DNA of 32,000 nucleotides from Promethearchaeota archaeon. Lineage in GTDB: Archaea; Asgardarchaeota; Hermodarchaeia; Hermodarchaeales; Hermodarchaeaceae. The notes below the pieces were generated by a model, which saw nothing but the letters and a program-made list of their open reading frames with translations, did no database searches and had not been told where the DNA came from. Position numbers and translations under genes: made by a program. Numbering within the stretch: position 1 is the first letter of the stretch; each line of letters begins with the position of its first letter. Location of the stretch: positions 30,001 through 62,000 of the forward strand of contig JBHLMI010000008.1 in NCBI GenBank assembly GCA_048938295.1, in the 5' to 3' direction. This document shows, piece after piece, positions 26,554 through 32,000 of this stretch.

Positions 26554-28761
26554 ATGCGTGGCTGGATCCTCGACGTAACTCCCCGGTCCGACCACTTGGT
26601 CCTGTGGTTGCGCACGGCAGCAAAATGCATTCCCTTGGAAATACCTTATCAGCCACAATTCTACTTACACGCACCTGGCGTCCAATTCGAGAACTATGCG
26701 CCGCTGTTCGAGAATCACCCACTGGTATGCGCTGTGACCCCGGCGTTTCGTCGGCTGCAATTGCGAGGCGCGCGACGACCGGTTCTCGCCGTAACAGTCT
26801 CCTCCTGCACCCAACTCTCCCGAGTCGTTCACGAAATCAAAACCCTCGCTGTCCCCCGTTTTCGCGTCTTCAACGGCGATCTCTCCGCAACCCAGCTCTG
26901 GTACCTCGAGCAACGGCGCTTCCCCTTCGAGCAGGTGGAGGTCCACACCGACCAGTCGGGGTCCCGTGTTACCCACATCGACTCCTGCGACTCCCGGTGG
27001 GCCCTCGACTACGAACTGCCGTCCTTTGATACTGTGGACCTCCACCTAGAAGGAGAAGACCTGTTCTGTGCCACCAGCACCTCTGGTGAGACGTTGCAGA
27101 CCACAGAGCCCATGATGCTCCAGGATTGGATTAACATTCAAGATCCGGACATCATCTTCACCGAAGACGGCGACTACCGCATCTTTCCTACTCTCATTCG
27201 ACGCGTCCAAGAGGAGGGGATGTTGCACCAGTTTTCGTTGAGTCGGGACCAGACTCCCCATGTCTTCAGTGACAAGACTCTGCCTGCAGGTCGTGCTGTC
27301 TTCCGGTATGGCGGCCCAGTCTTTTATCGTCCACACCCCTTTCTGCTCCATGGACGTTTGCATCTGGACCGATCACACATGACCTTCGGTAACTTCGACG
27401 GACTCATCGAATCAAGTCGAATTACCGCCTTTCCGCCCCAGCGTATGGCGCGAAGCAGCCCGGGCACCGGTATCAATATGCTCCAGATGCAAGAGGCACT
27501 CAACCGTGGTGTCCTGATTCCCGAAACCAAAGCCGACCCAGAAGAGTACAAGACCGGGCTTGAACTCCTCAACGCTGACCGGGGTGGCCACGTCATCACC
27601 CCGCGTGTTGGCATCTTCAGTGAAGTCGGCGAACTCGACTTCCTGTCCATGTATCCGTCGCTGATGGTCAAGTATAACATCTCGCCGGAAGCCTTGTTCT
27701 GCGACTGTTGCCCCGAGGACGCCACTGTGGTGCCCGAGATAGGCTATTGGTTATGTCGGCGCCAGCGCGGCATTGTCCCTACCTTCCTTGAACCTATTCT
27801 CAAGAAACGAATCTACTACAAGCGACACCGCCATGATGACCCTATATACGAGGCGCGGCAAGCCGCGTTGAAATGGCTCCTCGTCGTCTCCTTTGGTTAC
27901 CTCGGGTTTCGAGCCTCACGATTTGGTCGCGTCGAAGCCTATGAATGTGTCACAGCCTTCAGTCGACGGGTCCTGCTGCAGACCAAAGCCGTCTGTGAAC
28001 GCAAAGGCTTTGATGTGCTCCATGGCATCGTGGACTGCGTCTGGCTGCAGAAGCCCGGCGCCACTGTCGAAGACTACCTGACCGCCGGCGAAGCCGTTGA
28101 GGAAGTGACCGGACTACCGATAGAATTTGAAGGCCGCTATCGGTGGATTATGTTCTTGCCTTGTCGCAATCAACCCTACGGCGCGCTGACACGCTACTGC
28201 GGAGTAAAACACGATGGTACCATTAAAGCCCGAGGCATTGAACTGCGACGCCGTGATACTCCACCGTTCATCAAGCAACTCCAGATGGACCTCCTCACTT
28301 GTCTGGCGGGAGCTGAAGACACTGATGAGATGCAGCAACTGCTCCCGCAATTGCTCGATATCGTCAAAGACTATCTTGACCTTTTGCACAGCGGTGGAAT
28401 GACAACGGAGGACCTCATCATCACTCAACGCATCAGCCGATCCCCCCACGAATACCAGCAGCAGTGCAGCCAGGCCATTGCCGCTGAACTCGCCATCCGA
28501 TACGGGCAAGACATCCAGCCAGGACAAGCCATTAAGTACGTGCACACCGACTCCACGTCTCGTCATCCATTGCGCCGTGTCGCGCTCCCCCACACCGCAG
28601 CAGCAGTCCACTATGACAAGGACAAATACACCGAGCTGCTGCTCCGCGCCGCCGATACCCTCCTGACACCCCTCGGTTGGAATTACGAGCGGCTCACACA
28701 ATACTTCAGCGATAAACCAGTCCAAACCTTGCTGGACTCTCATATTCGAGTGCGAAAGTAG
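26554..28761 (+). CDS. polB2: Family B DNA polymerase, PolB2 subfamily
   Basis: DFLSMYPS, KWLLVVSFGY, HGIVDC in place of YGDTDS, KARGIELRRRD; TTTAAGTA box about 30 nt upstream. Confidence 0.88.
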   Translation: MRGWILDVTPRSDHLVLWLRTAAKCIPLEIPYQPQFYLHAPGVQFENYAPLFENHPLVCAVTPAFRRLQLRGARRPVLAVTVSSCTQLSRVVHEIKTLAVPRFRVFNGDLSATQLWYLEQRRFPFEQVEVHTDQSGSRVTHIDSCDSRWALDYELPSFDTVDLHLEGEDLFCATSTSGETLQTTEPMMLQDWINIQDPDIIFTEDGDYRIFPTLIRRVQEEGMLHQFSLSRDQTPHVFSDKTLPAGRAVFRYGGPVFYRPHPFLLHGRLHLDRSHMTFGNFDGLIESSRITAFPPQRMARSSPGTGINMLQMQEALNRGVLIPETKADPEEYKTGLELLNADRGGHVITPRVGIFSEVGELDFLSMYPSLMVKYNISPEALFCDCCPEDATVVPEIGYWLCRRQRGIVPTFLEPILKKRIYYKRHRHDDPIYEARQAALKWLLVVSFGYLGFRASRFGRVEAYECVTAFSRRVLLQTKAVCERKGFDVLHGIVDCVWLQKPGATVEDYLTAGEAVEEVTGLPIEFEGRYRWIMFLPCRNQPYGALTRYCGVKHDGTIKARGIELRRRDTPPFIKQLQMDLLTCLAGAEDTDEMQQLLPQLLDIVKDYLDLLHSGGMTTEDLIITQRISRSPHEYQQQCSQAIAAELAIRYGQDIQPGQAIKYVHTDSTSRHPLRRVALPHTAAAVHYDKDKYTELLLRAADTLLTPLGWNYERLTQYFSDKPVQTLLDSHIRVRK

Positions 28762-28768
28762 TCTGCAT

Positions 28769-29950
28769 CTACTTGTGTAAAAATTCTGTTATGCGTGATG
28801 CTGCTTCACGTATCCGATTCGGTGGAGCAGAGCCCACACTGATGCGAATGTTATTGGGGTAGGCAGACCCAAATTGATCTCCAGGAACGACAACCACGCC
28901 CTTCTCTTCGAGGAGAGAGACAGCAAATTCAGGTCCTGTCATCCCAGTGTCTTCCACATCGGGAAACAGATAGAAGCCTGCCACAGGTTCATAGGTGAAT
29001 GTGAAGCCTTTGATGGGCTTGAAACTTTCAAGGGCCACTTTGCGACGATCGTCTAAGACATTACGATGCTGCTCAATGATTCCCTTGAAGGCGGTGGGAT
29101 TTGACAGCGTCTTCATAGCACCTACCTGAATAGGAGTGGGAGCACAGGCGGTATTATATTGGTGCACCTGATAGATCGGACGCATCAACTTCACAGGAGC
29201 TATGACATAACCAAGGCGTAACCCAGTCATCGCTAATGCCTTGGAAAAACTATTGGCGATAATGACATTATCTCGATCAAAGTTGGCAGCACAGGTGTGT
29301 GGATGACCATCAAAACGTAAGAATTCATAGCATTCATCGGAAATTAGAATACTATCATACTCGCTAGCTAGTTCAACAATTGTCTTTATACTCTGATCTG
29401 AAGCCACTGAGCCAGTTGGATTACACGGTGAATTAATAATGACCATTTGAGGAGGTTTCTTTTCAAATTCAGCACGATACTTGTTAGCATCTAGGTCAAA
29501 TGCTGAAGTCATTGGAATCAATTTCACCTCTGCTCCTGCAAGTTTTGCTTGGTTTGCGAAGTAACCAAACGCAGGGTCTTGAACAAACACCAAATCGCCA
29601 GGATTAATTAGAGCCAGCATTGCATCAAGCAGGCCCTCCAAGGCGCCACAAGTTACCAAAATCTCATCAGCCGTATAATCCAGGTTGTAGGTTTCCTGAT
29701 ACCGGTCGGCAATAGCTTGACGTAATTCAAGAATACCCGCATTAGAGGAATAATGGGTTTGCCCTGTTGCGAATGCGTCGGCAATGGCATCGCCTAGAAA
29801 GGGAGGGAGGGGTAAGTCCAAATCCCCAATGCCTAAGGAGATCACATCCACCCCTTTAGCTGCCAGCCTAGAACCAATTTCGAAAAACTCTCGAAGCCCG
29901 CTAGGTGAAACACCTTGTAAACGTGAAGCAGTTTTGACAGTCTTTGGCAT
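28769..29950 (-). CDS. Class I/II PLP aminotransferase (aspartate aminotransferase-like)
   Basis: SPCNPTG, DECY, SFSKALAMTGLRLG; probable ATG at 29950. Confidence 0.93.
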   Translation of the reverse strand: MPKTVKTASRLQGVSPSGLREFFEIGSRLAAKGVDVISLGIGDLDLPLPPFLGDAIADAFATGQTHYSSNAGILELRQAIADRYQETYNLDYTADEILVTCGALEGLLDAMLALINPGDLVFVQDPAFGYFANQAKLAGAEVKLIPMTSAFDLDANKYRAEFEKKPPQMVIINSPCNPTGSVASDQSIKTIVELASEYDSILISDECYEFLRFDGHPHTCAANFDRDNVIIANSFSKALAMTGLRLGYVIAPVKLMRPIYQVHQYNTACAPTPIQVGAMKTLSNPTAFKGIIEQHRNVLDDRRKVALESFKPIKGFTFTYEPVAGFYLFPDVEDTGMTGPEFAVSLLEEKGVVVVPGDQFGSAYPNNIRISVGSAPPNRIREAASRITEFLHK

Positions 29951-30104
29951 AAATTCAGGCTCCTCTCGATCATCGTCCCCTTTCCATACTCGTTTCTCCT
30001 TGAAAAAGTTCTGTACACACCAAATAATCAATACCTAGACTGATTGGTGAAATAAGATAGAAATTTCTAAAGCTATTTTAAGGAACAAAAGGCAATCTTG
30101 AGTC

Positions 30105-31505
30105 ATGAAAAAATATGATGCTATTGTAATTGGCTCTGGATCTGGTGGAATCATCCTCGATCAAGCTTACCGGGCAGGATTCAAAGTTGCTTATGTTGAT
30201 AGAGGACCTCTCGGTGGAACCTGTCTAAACGTTGGATGTATCCCGTCAAAAATGCTCATTTACCCCGCGGATCGAATCGTCGAAATCCAAGAGGCACACA
30301 AACTGGGAATCGATGCGGAGATTAAAAATATCGACTTCAAGGCAATCATGAAACGGATGCGGGAACCAATTGACGAAAGCCTTTCTCACATGCGGGCAGG
30401 CCTCCAACATGCCCAGAACCTTGACTTCTATGAAGCAGAAGGCCAATTTACTGGTAACTACACCATAGAGGTTGCTGGTGATGAAATTCGGGGAGAGAAG
30501 ATCTTCATTGTCGCTGGTGCACGCCCCTCCATTCCCCCCATCAAAGGTTTAGACCAAATCAACTATCTTACGAACGAGACACTTCTCGAGCTCACTGAAT
30601 TACCAAAGAGCGTTATCATTATTGGTGGAGGATATATCGCGGCAGAATACAGCCATTTTTTAGCAGCCATGGGCTCCGAGATTACTATACTGCAACGTGC
30701 ACCCAGATTGGTTCCCCAAAACGAACCCGAAATATCCCTCACATTGCAGAAAGCCCTCTCGAAGAGAATGCGCATCATCACAAATACTGCTGCCATTGAA
30801 GTGAAACATACAGCCTCGGGTGACACTGTTATTGCTGAAAACAAAACAACCGGAGAAGAGATGGAATTCACCAGCGAACGTATCCTTGTTGCAACAGGAC
30901 GACGATCCAATGCTGATGTATTGAAAGTTGAAAAGACAGGAGTCAAAACCGACGAACGCGGATTCATTGTGGTCAACGATTACCTCGAAACGAGTAAAAA
31001 GAACATCTGGGCCCTTGGAGATGTCACAGGACGTTACATGTTTAAACATGTCGCCAACCGTGAAGCCCAAATTGCTTGGAACAACGCTGTAGGCGATCAG
31101 AAACAGAAAATGGAATACCACGCTGTTCCCTACGCCGTGTTTTCCTACCCTCAAATTGCTGGCGTAGGACTCACTGCTGCTGAAGCAGCTAAGAAATATG
31201 ACATCCTTCTGGGAACAGCCAAATATTCAGATGTCGCTAAGGGTGAAGCTATGGTCGAAGAAGAAGGATTCGCTAAAGCCATCGTCGATAAAAACACCTA
31301 CAAAATCCACGGATTCCACATCATCGGTCCCTATGCAGCGATGCTTATTCAGGAGGTGGTTGACATCATGGCCATTGGCGGTAACATGTGGACTCTCGCC
31401 CAAGGCATGCATATTCATCCCGCACTGACCGAGTTGGTCGTATCTGCACTTGGGAACCTATATGATCCCACACATATCCATCATCATGAACACGAGCAGC
31501 ATTAG
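30105..31505 (+). CDS. Dihydrolipoamide dehydrogenase-like class I pyridine nucleotide-disulfide oxidoreductase
   Basis: GSGSGG, GGTCLNVGCIPSK, GGGYIAAE, GDVTG, HPALTE. Confidence 0.92.
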   Translation: MKKYDAIVIGSGSGGIILDQAYRAGFKVAYVDRGPLGGTCLNVGCIPSKMLIYPADRIVEIQEAHKLGIDAEIKNIDFKAIMKRMREPIDESLSHMRAGLQHAQNLDFYEAEGQFTGNYTIEVAGDEIRGEKIFIVAGARPSIPPIKGLDQINYLTNETLLELTELPKSVIIIGGGYIAAEYSHFLAAMGSEITILQRAPRLVPQNEPEISLTLQKALSKRMRIITNTAAIEVKHTASGDTVIAENKTTGEEMEFTSERILVATGRRSNADVLKVEKTGVKTDERGFIVVNDYLETSKKNIWALGDVTGRYMFKHVANREAQIAWNNAVGDQKQKMEYHAVPYAVFSYPQIAGVGLTAAEAAKKYDILLGTAKYSDVAKGEAMVEEEGFAKAIVDKNTYKIHGFHIIGPYAAMLIQEVVDIMAIGGNMWTLAQGMHIHPALTELVVSALGNLYDPTHIHHHEHEQH

Positions 31506-31516
31506 GAGCCCAACAG

Positions 31517-31849
31517 ATGGCAGATAAAATAATTGTAATCATCACCTCAGGTGATAGAGGTGTTGTAAAAACCGCTTTGATGTATGCTCGGAATACTCTG
31601 AAGTACAAATGGCTCGAAGATGTCAAAATCATCTTTTTTGGCCCCTCAGAACAATTGGTAGCCAACGACCCAGACCTTGCCAAGGAAGTTCAAGAAATCT
31701 GTATGCAAGGAGATGGTATTGCCTGTAAATTTATCTCGGATAATGAAGGCACCTCTAAATCACTTACTCAGCTTGGGCTCCAAATCGAATATGTCGGGGC
31801 CATCATTGCTGATTTCATTAAAGGCGGGTACATCCCAATGGTATGGTAA
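31517..31849 (+). CDS. DsrE-family protein
   Basis: VKIIFFGPSEQL...IACK...YVG pattern; RBS AGGAG; 11 nt after upstream stop. Confidence 0.85.
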   Translation: MADKIIVIITSGDRGVVKTALMYARNTLKYKWLEDVKIIFFGPSEQLVANDPDLAKEVQEICMQGDGIACKFISDNEGTSKSLTQLGLQIEYVGAIIADFIKGGYIPMVW

Positions 31850-31860
31850 CCAATTTGCTG

Positions 31861-32000
31861 CTATATCGCAATGCAGGTTTCTGTGCGATTTACTCCATCC
31901 ACACTATGGATACCTTCCATTACTTCCCTCAAATCCTCTGTAGAGGGAAGTACAGCATAAGCAATCACATCATAAGGTCCTGTTACGACATTGGATCGGT
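31861..32000 (-). CDS. Lrp/AsnC ligand-binding domain protein, 3' end (partial, not in ORF track)
   Basis: RSNVVTGPYDVIAY...IHSVDGVNRTETCIAI*. Confidence 0.8.
   Translation of the reverse strand, partial: RSNVVTGPYDVIAYAVLPSTEDLREVMEGIHSVDGVNRTETCIAI

Noticed and set aside
26523-26562. TPP riboswitch-like words (CTGAGA, CCTGA, AATGC)
   Set aside because: The P3/P5 stems cannot form, and the segment is simply the TATA-to-ATG region of polB2
26441-28743. Multiple alternative ORFs across polB2
   Set aside because: Expected by-product of high GC and stop-codon scarcity
31677-31943. 88-aa plus-strand ORF
   Set aside because: Overlaps dsrE out of frame and the Lrp/AsnC gene antisense
1-32000. 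CRISPR array, transposase, integrase, rRNA or tRNA genes
   Set aside because: No regularly spaced repeats, mobile-element motifs or canonical RNA signatures found by eye

Overview
Archaeal chromosomal window with no rRNA, tRNA or CRISPR array seen. Archaeal origin follows from TATA-like promoters, PolB2, RAD55/KaiC ATPases and an archaeosortase-like gene; a Rab-like small GTPase suggests an Asgard lineage (inference). The centrepiece (7.2-16.3 kb) is a signalling locus: a cytosolic 7-PAS histidine kinase, an archaeosortase/exosortase-like protein, three single-domain RAD55/KaiC-like ATPases (two with complementary catalytic defects), and a translationally coupled Rab-like GTPase / GvpD-like ATPase / stand-alone receiver unit. 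Next comes a tusA-dsrE-iscS-iscU operon whose IscS has Asp instead of the PLP-binding Lys. The rest includes acs, an acyl-CoA dehydrogenase, two paralogous MFS transporters flanking a PadR module with a clear operator array, a membrane-anchored clostripain with a zinc-ribbon tail, a GC-rich orphan PolB2, an aminotransferase and an Lpd-like disulfide reductase-DsrE pair. A promoter- and T-tract-bounded GC-rich ~90 nt element near 1.9-2.0 kb is a candidate ncRNA. Family assignments are from motif recognition only; no database searches were run.
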